A stretch of 64,000 nucleotides of DNA, from assembly GCF_026210795.1 (NCBI RefSeq), contig NC_089432.1, forward strand, positions 4,712,001 through 4,776,000, written 5' to 3'. Shown here one piece after another: positions 27,685 to 39,321 of the stretch (positions are counted from its first letter, which is position 1; each line of letters starts with the position of its first letter). A program made the position numbers and the translations under genes. The stretch is from Rhizophagus irregularis. Taxonomy: Eukaryota. The notes beneath the pieces were generated by a model. That model made no database searches. It saw only the letters and a list, made by a program, of their open reading frames with translations, and was not told where the DNA came from.

Positions 27685-27747
27685 TTAAACACTAAGACTA
27701 GAGTAGTAAAATATTTTACAAGTTTCTTAGTTTGTAATTTAAATAAA
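27685..27747 (+). repeat. Conserved kinase 3'-UTR element (copy 2), stem-loop forming
   Basis: ACTAAGA...GTAAAATATTTTAC...TCTTAGT nested inverted repeat, ~105 bp downstream of the kinase stop. Confidence 0.7.
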
Positions 27748-30700
27748 TCTTTTTTTTTTAACTTTTCCAATTATGAGATATAAATTATCAAAAATAATAA
27801 TATAAAACCATTTCCAATGATAATGTATAGGCCAACAGCCTAACACTAGCCATTTGATCTGTTTGATCACATGTTCATACATAGCTCTGCATAATTCTGG
27901 CCAAACCTGTCTGGAAAATGTCCTTCTATAAATTTTGTTTTACAAACAGTTCTATGAAAATGGCAGTGATTTGTGTATATATTGATAAACAAATTACAAT
28001 GATAAATTATCACGTATGTGACAATAAAGAGCCAACTATACAGTATTAAGAGTTTTGCAGGTAAACTTTTATTTTCACTAATTTAATGTAACTTATATAT
28101 ATTATAATATCCGAATGGAAGTTATTTGTTATTTGAATATCAAGAAATTGATGTTCAATAAATTAAAATTATTATTCCCCTTAGCCGATCATGACGGCCA
28201 TTGAGTAGTAATATCTCTCGAGTTTAACGTTATAAATTATAAAATACTTCCTGATTTAACAATAACATATAAAGGGTAGAGTGGGATCCTAAAATATACG
28301 AAGAATGAACAAAGATTGTATGTTTCTTGTTTGTTAAATAACGGCCTTAAATAGCTTTGATTCACTCATTAAGAATATTATTTTATTTTTCATTGTTTTA
28401 TCTATACGAAGGGAGGGAATTTCTTTATTACGAATGAGAAATTTTTTGTTTAGAAAATTTTATTATTCAATGGATTTTTTAATGAATGATTTTCCTTGGC
28501 GAAGCGAAGGACAATACAGTCAAACTCTGATATACCAATATTTCTGGATCTATGAAAGAATAGTTATATCAAATTATATCGATATTTATGAAAAAATAAA
28601 TAATATATCATATAGTTTATCTAGATTTTATCACGAATTAAGCTATAAAGCTATTTTTAAGATGTAGCAGATTAAAAAATGTTCCCAAACTATTTAAAAC
28701 TATTTACTGTTAGAAATAAACAATAAAAATTCTATTGATTCAGATTTTCTTGGTCTAATGTATGATTGTGATTTAACGAATATTAAAGATAGTAAAAATT
28801 ATACACTTCATCCCTAATCTCTTATGACTGTACAACTTAATTCTGAGTACAAACAAGAAAATATGTATAGAGATTTTTTCTATACAAAATATTTATTTTG
28901 TTAACATATGGTAAATCATCAGATGATTAAGCTATTCGGTTACGTCGGATCTTTTATTATTATCTTTTTTTATAGTAAAGAGACTCTTCTCTATTATTAA
29001 ATTTTATTTACTTATGCATTATTTATTGATTTATTGATTCATTTTCATGTTTTTTTTATGTAGTTTTAAATTAACGTTTCTATTAGATAAATAGAATATT
29101 TTTCAATTTTTATATTTTATGAAAAATAAATAATGTTTAATTTGTTTTATATAGAGACTTTTAAAAAGGAAATATTCTTAGTTATATAGTATACAATGGT
29201 GTTCTTTATTGACATCTCCATATATAAGACGTGATGGATCTTCAAGACGGTTGGTTAATAACATTTTGTAATCAAGTCAATAGAATGCAAATTCAAAAGT
29301 AAAAAATTTCTTTTAACTTACGCAACTCCATAATGAAGTGTGGGATAATTACGACTGTATTTCCAATATTATTTTATACCAAATTGTAAATGACCAAAGT
29401 TATGATATAAACGCCATTAATATCACATACTTGACGTTCAAATTGAAATTTGAACCATTACCCAATGAGGGGAGCTATACACCAAAATAGATTATGAATT
29501 AACCCATAATAATTTTACGAATAAAATTGTAATACAATTTCTTAGGTTTGACGTTAGTTTGTATCCGTAATTAGAGCCACTGAAATTAGATAATTGTGAA
29601 AATGTTGTACACAACACTTTTGAGTTGATTTCCTTGTTACCTACTTTAAGAGATTTTGCACTATTTATTCTTTAAAATGATGATATAATATTCCTCATAT
29701 TGTCGTATATAAAATTGCTCGTCAATAAGTCGAACCAATCTCCTTAAACTGCATATTTGATAATTTTATAATTTTTTTAGTATTCAAATTGAAAAAATCG
29801 CACGGTTTTACAACTACTGATGTTAGCTGTGCAACTTTATTTAATAATTTTAATATAATTTAGTATTGTTATTACATTATTACTAATATTAATAATACAT
29901 CATGTATGGATAATAAAAAAATCATATTGAAAATTTTGAGGTTAATAATCTAATTTAATAAATCATGAAAATGAAAGTTTACTTACACCAATCATGAATA
30001 AACTCATAATCCAGTTTCGTTACTCCCATAAATTTTTCTGAAACAGAATAAACAGGATAGTTATACTTTTCTCCACAAATTATCCTTTCGAGATTATCAA
30101 TTCGATTATTTAATATAAGAATCTTGTTTCTAAGATCACTTATGTCTTCTTGTAAGACTTCATTCTTTCTAATTAGCTTACGAATGATGTAACTTAATTC
30201 TTCATTAGACTCATAAGTAATTATATACGGGGTTAGGCATTGATTTGTGAAGATTTTTTAGCCATGGACGGATTATTAAAATACGCATATTTTTAGTAGT
30301 TTATCTGATTATATATATACTTTATAGTTTATATATACATAAGAATAATTAAAATAAGTATAATCAACTATTTAACCTATTTAACACGTAATACTTATGC
30401 TGATCTAACAATTTGTAAAAACTAAAAAACTATTTTAATATATTTTTTACGCGATAAATGTGCAAATCACATAATGATCAGAGGCTAAAAAATTAATTTG
30501 CGTATTTTTTCTGATTTTCTGAAATAAGGCAATTTTGCGTACTAAACTTATATAAAAACCCCATGACGAATAAATTTGAAAGTCACCTTACCTCTTTATA
30601 TATCAACCGTTTTATATAATTTCTTTTGTTTATTTTCATTTTTACAACCCATTTTATAATCTTTGTTAAATTTTTTTTTTTTTTTTACGTTAAAGATTTT

Positions 30701-31354
30701 TAAAGATTTTTTTTTAAACATACATTTAGTTATTCATAATATAATATGGTCAACTATAATAAGCTTACTATATTTATATTTTTTAGTCACAATGCTGGAA
30801 AAATTCATACCGTCATGAGTGTTACATTATTTTAAAATGTCAAATCTTAGGATCCAGCATGAACTTTTCAGGGCCGGAATCATGATAATGTTGGCTAGTA
30901 TTTAAAAAGGCAATGAAACTCTAGCCGGCACTATCTAAAAAGGAAAGATCTACATGAATTTTTTGGCTGCTAAACTCAAATCTATGTATTTTTCAGGGTT
31001 CTAGACCTATAAATTATTAATCAAGATTCCTGTCACTATTAATAATTGATTAATTGGCTATATTTAATCAAATATTATTACAAATTCATTAAGTATTTCT
31101 CCTGTAATTAAAATTTATGGGTTTTTATTTATTAGTTTACCTTTATTTAATCAAGTAATCTGCATTTATAAAATGTGAATCAAACATCTGTTATTAAATT
31201 TTAATTACTTTCTCTTGAAATGAATATAAAAACTTTATATCATGTCATTCATTTTAATTATTTTATAGTACATTTGTAATTGTTTTATTTATATAATTAT
31301 ATTATTATTTTGATAATTATATCTAATAATTGGAAAATTTATAAAAAAAAAGAT

Positions 31355-31670
31355 TTATTTAGATTACAAACTAAGAAACTTGCAAAAATATTTACTACTT
31401 TAGTCTTAGTGTTTAAATAATTCTAAGTAAAATAAAAAGGAGAATATAAATATTTAATACTTGGATAAACTATAAAAAAAAAAAGGAATTATTTAAATTA
31501 CAAACTAAGAATCTTGTAAAATTATTTTTACTACTCTAGCCTTAGTGTTTAAATAAATCTAAGCAACAATTTCTGTTAGATGCATCATGACATCAAATAT
31601 CATTTAAAAAAAACTATAAATTCTTATAAAAATACAAATAATTAGTTATTTTTTATGGTATCAACATATC
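31355..31670 (-). repeat. Two orphan copies of the kinase 3'-UTR element (remnant of paralogous kinase 3' ends)
   Basis: 31360-31425 and 31490-31560 match the element. The reverse complement of 31560-31670 also resembles 27555-27660 (last exon plus UTR of kinase 2). Confidence 0.7.
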
Positions 31671-32889
31671 AACAAGGTCTTCAATATAAATAGAGGCGAA
31701 TAATAGCAAAATAGCAATATAATAGACTGATGTCCACAAGTGTACTAATCAAACTAAGTTATATTAATTTAATATTTTAATGGACCTACCACCCTAAGAG
31801 TCTAAGACAATAAATTATCACGTCATTTTAATATATTAATTCACATTACTGTTTATATTAAGATTAGAATAAAATAAATTTCATTAATTTTAACAATGCA
31901 TGGTGATTTAACATTATTATGATGTAATAAAATGATCATGATAAAGAAAATGTGTCTTCGCGGTACAGTAATTACAGTAATTATAGCCGATTACAAGTTT
32001 TGAACTACCATTTATTCTCTTATCAATCCGAATTTTCCTGTAATCATATCAATAATCAAATTATCTGATAAATTTCCGAATTTCTTTCTAGGTAGTTTTC
32101 ATTTATTATATCATTTGTATGATTCTTTGCCGAAGCCTAGATTCTGGGAAAAAAATACCAATAACATCTTCCTCCGGCCTGCTTTTCTCTCATGGAAGTA
32201 CGCCTCCAGCACTTGTACCTTCATATTTTTAATCTCATTGCGCAGTTGCAGATTAGCCATAATTTTAAGACGTTAAGCTTACTTTTAACCCGATGATTGA
32301 TCTCCTCTTCATGATTGCAAATAGAAGAAGAATATCAGAAGTAATTGCTTTGTAGTCGGTATCAGATTCCTGAAAAGAAACAGAATCTTGTGTCTGTGTC
32401 TCTTTACCAGTAACATATACGCCGGGGATTTGTAAAAATTTTCCGTTATCCTAAGCATCTGATCACTATACTAAATTACTTGTGCAAGAAAAAAAAAAGA
32501 TCAGTAATGCATACTGCAATTAAAACTTCGCACATGCGTTTAAAAATTCGAAATAAAGCTTTTTATTATATTTTTGTAAGATAATACATGATAAATAAGC
32601 TGGTTTGAAATGTTGATATCTGTTATTCAATCTTTAAACTTTATATTGAGGATCAAGCATCAAATACTATAAAATTTCTTCTTGGGAATTTAAAATAAAA
32701 TGAATTAAAAGAACTATTCAACGAAATGGTCTAGATTGTTTGCAATTTCTACTGTGCTTTGTTCTTGGTTTATCAATCTTACAACTACTTGGTTGTTAAA
32801 AGTGATTTCGTAATTTGTAGGATAATTGATGATAAAGTCCCCGAACGGATTATTATGGAGAAATACTGGCGCCACTGGTCTATTTCTGG

Positions 32890-33492
32890 TGTAATGCCGT
32901 AGTATATCTAGTAAATTTATTAATTGTGAGGCGCAGTATTATATTTAGTCTTAGTGTATAAAATTTTAACTTATTTTTATTTTTATTTTAATTGGACCGA
33001 GAAGTCGTTAAACTAATAATCACATGGATTAAGGTAATTGGTCCGTGATGACCTTAAACTATTAGTCACGAGATTTAAGGATAAATGAAGATCCGAAAGA
33101 TACTAAATTGAATGAAATCAAGTGATCTGAGATGTCAAGTGAGTAATTTGTTGATCACTACGTTAATATTATAAATCATAATTCAGGAGTTTATGATGAT
33201 CAAATGGATACAAAATTAAGATAATGGAAATACTTTAAAACAATGGAAATACTTTAATAATTTAAATCCATGAATTGAAATTATGAATTTAGTTACACAA
33301 GAACAAACATAAAAGGGCGTGAAGATCACCTTTTGAGAGAAAAGGAGACGAATTTTGTTATGAATTATTTATTTTATCATTTAATGTTATTAAACCAAGC
33401 ATATTATTGTATTTATTTATATTATTAATAAAGAGTCATTTTGTTAATACCTGAGGTGGCAAACATAATTCTCTATGGGCTCAGGTGTTACA
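32890..33492 (+). repeat. 5' LTR
   Basis: TGTAATGCCG...GGTGTTACA; no differences from the 3' LTR seen by eye. Confidence 0.97.
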
Positions 33493-33494
33493 AG

Positions 33495-33512
33495 TGGTGC
33501 ATGCTCCGAGAA
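33495..33512 (+). promoter_or_regulatory. Primer binding site, inferred tRNA-Gly
   Basis: TGGTGCATGCTCCGAGAA, 2 nt after the LTR. Its reverse complement TTCTCGGAGCATGCA-CCA is a canonical 18-nt tRNA 3' end with a GCATGC-type acceptor stem. Confidence 0.85.
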
Positions 33513-34083
33513 AGGAAAAGTGATCATCCTCACATGATCACTGCAGGTTATAAGTACAGGATCTCTGAGAAAAGAAAATGATCACCCCACGTGATCATTA
33601 GAAGTTACAAATAAAGGATCGACGAAGTTAAGGAATTATAAAATTAAAAGTTCTAAGTCTTGGTTGGAAAGAATTTAAGGTGTATTGATGTTAAATTTTA
33701 ATAAAATAAAGTCAAATATTTTAAAGGATACGTGAAAATAATGGTTACCAATGTAAAAAGTATTAATTTGGGTAAGTATGACCATAAATGTATGAAGAAA
33801 TAATGTTAAAAACTAAATTTTTGATCTAACTTGACCACCGGCTGATAAGTCAATGAAAAATTATTATTATAATAATTTTCATACATATGAACCAAATATG
33901 TATGGTAGTAATTGATTATCAAGGGAAATGCGAGGCTAATCAAGTTAGAAGGGGTTTAATAAAATATTGTAAATAAGTTCCATGAATTAAGGATTAAAAA
34001 TAATTTTTATAAATAATTGAGGTTAAGTTAAGGATAAAAAAAAGTGTACCCAAAAACCGACACTATAAATACGATGGTAGGGT

Positions 34084-34230
34084 AATTCTGTGTGAACTCA
34101 ATTGAGGTTTTCTGTGTGATCAATTGAGAATAGTTCTGTGTGAGCTTTTTCTGTGTGAACTCAATTGAGGTATTCTGTGTGATCAATTGAGAATAGTTCT
34201 GTGTGAACTTCCAAAAACAATTCTGTGAGG
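34084..34230 (+). repeat. Short tandem repeats (TTCTGTGTGA + TCAATTGAG modules) in the element leader
   Basis: About seven TTCTGTGTGA motifs with palindromic TCAATTGA spacers. Confidence 0.85.
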
Positions 34231-34343
34231 GTACCCAAGAAGAATCATGATTAACGTTAACGAAAATAAAAATAATATTTGCTGGACAAATATATTCAAG
34301 GAAAGTTATAAAAAGGTGAGGAATTCGATCTCTCACCCATAAA

Positions 34344-35027
34344 ATGGAATACAAAATCAATTTAACAAAAGAGGATTCAGAAAAATATTTGTGTAAAGGA
34401 AAAGGAATTAAATTAAAAATTTATAATGAAGATAATAAGGCCATCAGTCTAAAGACCATCTATGATGTTAGACCACCCAAAAAGAAAAAAAAGAGATGTT
34501 TGACCTGTGATGATAGAGAACATGTGAAAAGGACCAAAAGTGAGAATAAAGTGGAAAGATTTATAAATGAATTGTTGACACCGGTAAATGTGGAAGACCT
34601 ATTGATACCAGAAATACAAAATGTAGAAATTCATGATGTTGAAAAATTAGTAGAAAGATACATCAGTCTTGGAAATACAAATGGTAAAAACATCTTAATA
34701 TGGTACAATATTGGACAAATTTTTGAACGAGAAATTAAAGCAAGAATAAATCAAACAAAGCCAGACCAGACAGCTAGAGAAGAATTATATGATGAAATGA
34801 TGGAATTTATAGTTAATGAAAGTACTGATGAAAAACAAAAGAAGAAGGAAGCATTAAGGAAAAGGATGCAAGGAGCTATAAAAATATATAAACTTTTTAC
34901 TGAAATTGGTCAAGATAAGATATATAGAGTAAAGGAAACATTTGTAACGACTATTATAAAATTGACAAATCCGGAAATACAACAAATAATCGGACAAATC
35001 AAATATGGATTCACACTCCAACCTTAG
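34344..35027 (+). CDS. Extra 5' ORF of the retrotransposon, 227 aa, unknown function
   Basis: Intact ORF between PBS and gag with an NLS-like PPKKKKKR, a CxxC and a helical C-terminal region (ALRKRMQGAIKIYKLF..IG.DKI.RVK). Confidence 0.75.
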   Translation: MEYKINLTKEDSEKYLCKGKGIKLKIYNEDNKAISLKTIYDVRPPKKKKKRCLTCDDREHVKRTKSENKVERFINELLTPVNVEDLLIPEIQNVEIHDVEKLVERYISLGNTNGKNILIWYNIGQIFEREIKARINQTKPDQTAREELYDEMMEFIVNESTDEKQKKKEALRKRMQGAIKIYKLFTEIGQDKIYRVKETFVTTIIKLTNPEIQQIIGQIKYGFTLQP

Positions 35028-35193
35028 GTTGGGAATTTTAAGGAAAAATATAAATTTATTTGTACAAACCTGTAAACTACCATACTCAGTAATGAACAAA
35101 TGAGGTAAAGGCAAGCCCAGTATAGGTCAAATAAAATATAAAAGAAGGATAAAAAGTAAAAGACGTGAAAATTTTTAGAGAATTTTATTAAAA

Positions 35194-38100
35194 ATGGAAT
35201 GGTACCATGTTTGGAACGCTGGATATATAAACCATAAACAAGAACATGACCTAGGAGTGATAGAGCCAGAGGAATGTTTAGCATGTGAAATATGTAATCC
35301 AATAGAAAGAGAAGTATCAGCAGCATTCAAGAAATTTTGGGATGCTTTATTTAAATTCGAGGATACAATACTAATGTACAATAATGTGACACATAAAGAA
35401 TTATTGAATTTATTAAGTATGGACAATAGAGAAAGGGAGGATACAATACATAAAGGAAAATGTAGGAATATAGTAGATAGAATAATTGAATCAATAAGGT
35501 ACAGACAACAACCAAAAATGAAGGAAAAAGGATTGAGAATAATAATTGTAGTAATTGTAAGGGATTGTATTGAAGGAAACTTGGAAAATGAAGTATTTGA
35601 TCGATTGATAGGATGTCCAGAAATAATGAAACATGGATACATTTTAGAAGATTGGGATGTTGAAAATAGATTTCAAAAATTTTGGGATTGGTATAACACG
35701 ATATTGGAAAATGAAATGAAAGCAATACATGTTAAGAAGTTAGCAATAAAGTTATTCAGGGATTTATTATATGAAGAAACAGAAGATCTGTTGAGGAGTG
35801 AAAAGGTAGTTGAATTAATACTCCAGATAGAACATCAGAATAGATGTGAGGTAGACACTCAAGAAGGAAAGGATGCATGGAAGAGATTGATGCAGAAAGT
35901 AGGACAAAGATTTATTGACACCAAACAATTTACAAGGGAACCTGAGGACCCAGAAAGTGATAGTCCTGAAAGTTATGAATTAGAGGACAGTGATGGTAGT
36001 ATACATTATGAAATAAAAATAGAGGATGATGTCGAATGGACAGTAGAATCATTAAAAAGAAAAATTGAAGAAATGGGTGGAAGGTTCACTGACAAAGATA
36101 TACAAAGGATGTGGGACCTAAGGATAAGGATAGAATTGATATTAACAGAGGACTTTTTAGGTACATTTTTCGAATTAATGAGACTAAGTGATGAAAAATT
36201 AAAAGATGAAATAAATGAATGGTTAACAAAAGAAACATTAATATGTGGAAATTGTAGGAATAGAAAGTTACCTGATATGATAGCAGACATTGGACAATGT
36301 AAAAATTGTGAACAAAAAGAATTATTAGAATTAAAGGATGACTTAGAAAAACTAGGATACGAATTAAATGTGTCAGAAATAGAGAGAATAAGAAAATTCA
36401 GGATAAGCAATAGTATAATATTAACAACGGAATTTATGGAAAAATATTTTCAGGAAATTGATACGAATGACAAAGAATTAAGGACAAAATTATATGAATG
36501 GATAAATGAAAATACCACATTTTGTGATGAATGTGGAATAAGATGGATGAACAATAAATTTGACGAAGGAAAAACCAAGTGTAGGGATTGTGAAAATGAT
36601 GAAAATGAAATTGATATCAGGGTCAAAAGATTAAAACAAATATGTGATGATAATAAAATAGAAATAACTAATGGAGAGCTATTGAGGTTAATCAGTATGG
36701 GATATACTGATGGAGAAATACTGGATCAAGAATTTATTGAAATATTTCAAGGAAATAAAAATGATTTGGAGAAAAATTTAAGGCGGATATTAGATAAATT
36801 TCTAAAACAGCAAGCTGGAATTGAGGATAGTGAAAGTAGTGGAAATGAATCTGATAATGAAAAATCGGATGGATTTGAAAAAGAATCAGATGGATCTGAA
36901 AAAAATGGAGAAATTTTAAATCCAAATGATACCGATAGCAATGAAAATTTTGAAGAACCTTATGAAGAAAACATTATAAATAGACCTGGTTTTGACTCAA
37001 GTGAAAGTTCAGAATCAAACTCTGAAGATAAAAGTGAAATATCTGATTATAATATAGAAAATTTATTTGAAACATCTTTAACACCACCGATACCACCAAT
37101 CCTACCAATAGTACCAATAATTATGGGAGCAACAAGAGCTGAAGTAAGGGAAGATTTTAGAGCGGCTTTACTAGCAGCAACAGGACATGACATAGGAGGT
37201 AATTGGGCAGGATTAGTCGCAGCCAACCCATTAGCAAATGCAATTGAGGATGCAGGAAATGTAGCTGGAGGAATAATTAGTATGCCACAATTTTATGGAA
37301 GGGAAGAAGAAGACATAAACGATTGGGTAAGACAATTTGAAACAGCATTTACTGCCATAGGAAAAGCAGCAGGAGCAAATGGAGCTAGACAAGCAGCAAT
37401 GGCAGCTACCTGTTTGAAAGGTGCAGCAGCACAATGGTATAATGAAAAGAAGGAAGCAAACAATGGTCATTTGGTAAATTGGCAAGATAACGATAATGAT
37501 AATGATTTAAAACATAGGATTAAACAAAGATTTACCAGGGAAGATGTTAGAAAAAGGAAAATGTTAGAATTAAGGAAAATAACACAAGGAGTAAATGAAA
37601 ATGTTGAGGCATATACGATAAGGTTTAGACAAATATTAAGGATAGCTACCAGAGGCCATGCATTAGATGATGAATTACAAGTGGATAATTATATCGAAGG
37701 ATTAACACCAACATTGGGATATCAAGTCAGAAGACAAAACCCAGCAAATTTAAATGATGCAGTGAATACAGCAAGAAGAGAGGAGGAAGCTACTAATGAA
37801 TTAATAAGAAAGACACATGGTATATCAGTTAGTACCCAAAGAAAAGGAATCGATATACAAGATGACAAACCAAAGAATATATTTGAAAAACCATTGGAGA
37901 AAAATTATGAGGATGACCTTGCCGACATGTTTAAAAAATTAGAGGTAAAACTAGTAAATCAACTTGGAGGGCAAAAGAGACCACCAAACAATAATAATAG
38001 ACAAGGACCACCACCTCGAGCATGTTATAATTGTAAACAACCAGGACATTATGCAAATGAATGTAGGGTAAATAATGGTCAAAGAAACTATGGAAGACCA

Positions 38101-38781
38101 AATAATCAAAATTATAATAGAAGATCAAATAACTATAATGGAAGACCAAACAACTATAACAGACCACCAAACCACCAAAACAATAATCGAGGATTCAATG
38201 TAGTGGAATATGATAATTATAATGACCAATATGACCAATATGATTATGATAGTCAGGATTATCAGGATAATTATGACCAAGGATATAGTTATGACGACCC
38301 GTATTATCAAGATAATGATGTAACATTTAACCATGTTGATCAAGATTTTTATATTGGTGAAAGACAAACGAGAAGTAACATAAAAAATAGGTCAAGTAAT
38401 CGAGATGTAGATATGGAAATTGACCAAGAACAAGCACGAAGAAGGAATAATAAATATGCAAGCCAAGAGGAAAGGGCAGCAGCATTACCAAAAAGAGGAT
38501 TCACTGATGAAAGTCTGAAAAAAGCACAAGAAGCAAGGAGAAATAATAATACATGTGGAAATTGTGGACAAAGAGGTCACTATGCAAAACAATGTAAAAA
38601 TGAACGTGTTGAAGGTATTCATAGGACAAGCGCATTTCAAAGAAATATACCAAAATATAACGTATTAGAGGATATGAAAAGTACCAGAGCAAATGCAACT
38701 TTTTCACAAATTATAGATATGAGCCCAGAACAAAGAAAAATATATTATGATGGTATGAGAAGGTATCCACAAACAGATTGA
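35194..38781 (+). CDS. gag: Gag polyprotein with ~640-aa N-terminal extension
   Basis: Capsid-like MPQFYGREEEDINDWVRQFE...LKGAAAQWY...QGVNENVEAYTIRF, plus two CCHC knuckles (CYNCKQPGHYANEC, CGNCGQRGHYAKQC). Confidence 0.92.
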   Translation: MEWYHVWNAGYINHKQEHDLGVIEPEECLACEICNPIEREVSAAFKKFWDALFKFEDTILMYNNVTHKELLNLLSMDNREREDTIHKGKCRNIVDRIIESIRYRQQPKMKEKGLRIIIVVIVRDCIEGNLENEVFDRLIGCPEIMKHGYILEDWDVENRFQKFWDWYNTILENEMKAIHVKKLAIKLFRDLLYEETEDLLRSEKVVELILQIEHQNRCEVDTQEGKDAWKRLMQKVGQRFIDTKQFTREPEDPESDSPESYELEDSDGSIHYEIKIEDDVEWTVESLKRKIEEMGGRFTDKDIQRMWDLRIRIELILTEDFLGTFFELMRLSDEKLKDEINEWLTKETLICGNCRNRKLPDMIADIGQCKNCEQKELLELKDDLEKLGYELNVSEIERIRKFRISNSIILTTEFMEKYFQEIDTNDKELRTKLYEWINENTTFCDECGIRWMNNKFDEGKTKCRDCENDENEIDIRVKRLKQICDDNKIEITNGELLRLISMGYTDGEILDQEFIEIFQGNKNDLEKNLRRILDKFLKQQAGIEDSESSGNESDNEKSDGFEKESDGSEKNGEILNPNDTDSNENFEEPYEENIINRPGFDSSESSESNSEDKSEISDYNIENLFETSLTPPIPPILPIVPIIMGATRAEVREDFRAALLAATGHDIGGNWAGLVAANPLANAIEDAGNVAGGIISMPQFYGREEEDINDWVRQFETAFTAIGKAAGANGARQAAMAATCLKGAAAQWYNEKKEANNGHLVNWQDNDNDNDLKHRIKQRFTREDVRKRKMLELRKITQGVNENVEAYTIRFRQILRIATRGHALDDELQVDNYIEGLTPTLGYQVRRQNPANLNDAVNTARREEEATNELIRKTHGISVSTQRKGIDIQDDKPKNIFEKPLEKNYEDDLADMFKKLEVKLVNQLGGQKRPPNNNNRQGPPPRACYNCKQPGHYANECRVNNGQRNYGRPNNQNYNRRSNNYNGRPNNYNRPPNHQNNNRGFNVVEYDNYNDQYDQYDYDSQDYQDNYDQGYSYDDPYYQDNDVTFNHVDQDFYIGERQTRSNIKNRSSNRDVDMEIDQEQARRRNNKYASQEERAAALPKRGFTDESLKKAQEARRNNNTCGNCGQRGHYAKQCKNERVEGIHRTSAFQRNIPKYNVLEDMKSTRANATFSQIIDMSPEQRKIYYDGMRRYPQTD

Positions 38782-39321
38782 CTACAAGAATCAATGAACA
38801 ACATTGAAGCAGAACATTTAACTGCATTAAGAGGTAAATTAATAATAAACCAAGAATTAAAGGACGTAATGTTTGATACAGGAGCAGCAGTAAATGTAAT
38901 AACTAGTCAGATAATGGATGAAATGGACCTAAAAATTGAGGAACCAAGTACAGTAAGATGTGTGATGATAAATGAGGATAAATTAGCATCTAGGGGTACC
39001 ACGACAATATACATACAATTTGGGGATAAGGAGATACCCATTAAGGTTGAAGTAATTGATTCAGGAAAAAACGAAATTGTGTTAGGAAATGGAGTATTAG
39101 ATATGTTTAAGGCGAATATAGATTACACGGATAAAACAATAATAATTAGAATGAATGATGAAACTATGGATATACCAGTAAAATACACACAAAGGACCAT
39201 TAAAGGGTTTGAAGAAACATTTGATGAAGAGGAAATATTGGAGGAATTATACCAGGATGAATTGTATAACATATATGAAGATGACCATGAAGGTCAGGAA
39301 GATGAAAATTTTAAAGTATAA
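38782..39321 (+). CDS. Retroviral-type aspartic protease
   Basis: VMFDTGAAVNVI catalytic motif and IVLGN motif. In frame with gag after a single TGA. Confidence 0.92.
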   Translation, partial: LQESMNNIEAEHLTALRGKLIINQELKDVMFDTGAAVNVITSQIMDEMDLKIEEPSTVRCVMINEDKLASRGTTTIYIQFGDKEIPIKVEVIDSGKNEIVLGNGVLDMFKANIDYTDKTIIIRMNDETMDIPVKYTQRTIKGFEETFDEEEILEELYQDELYNIYEDDHEGQEDENFKV

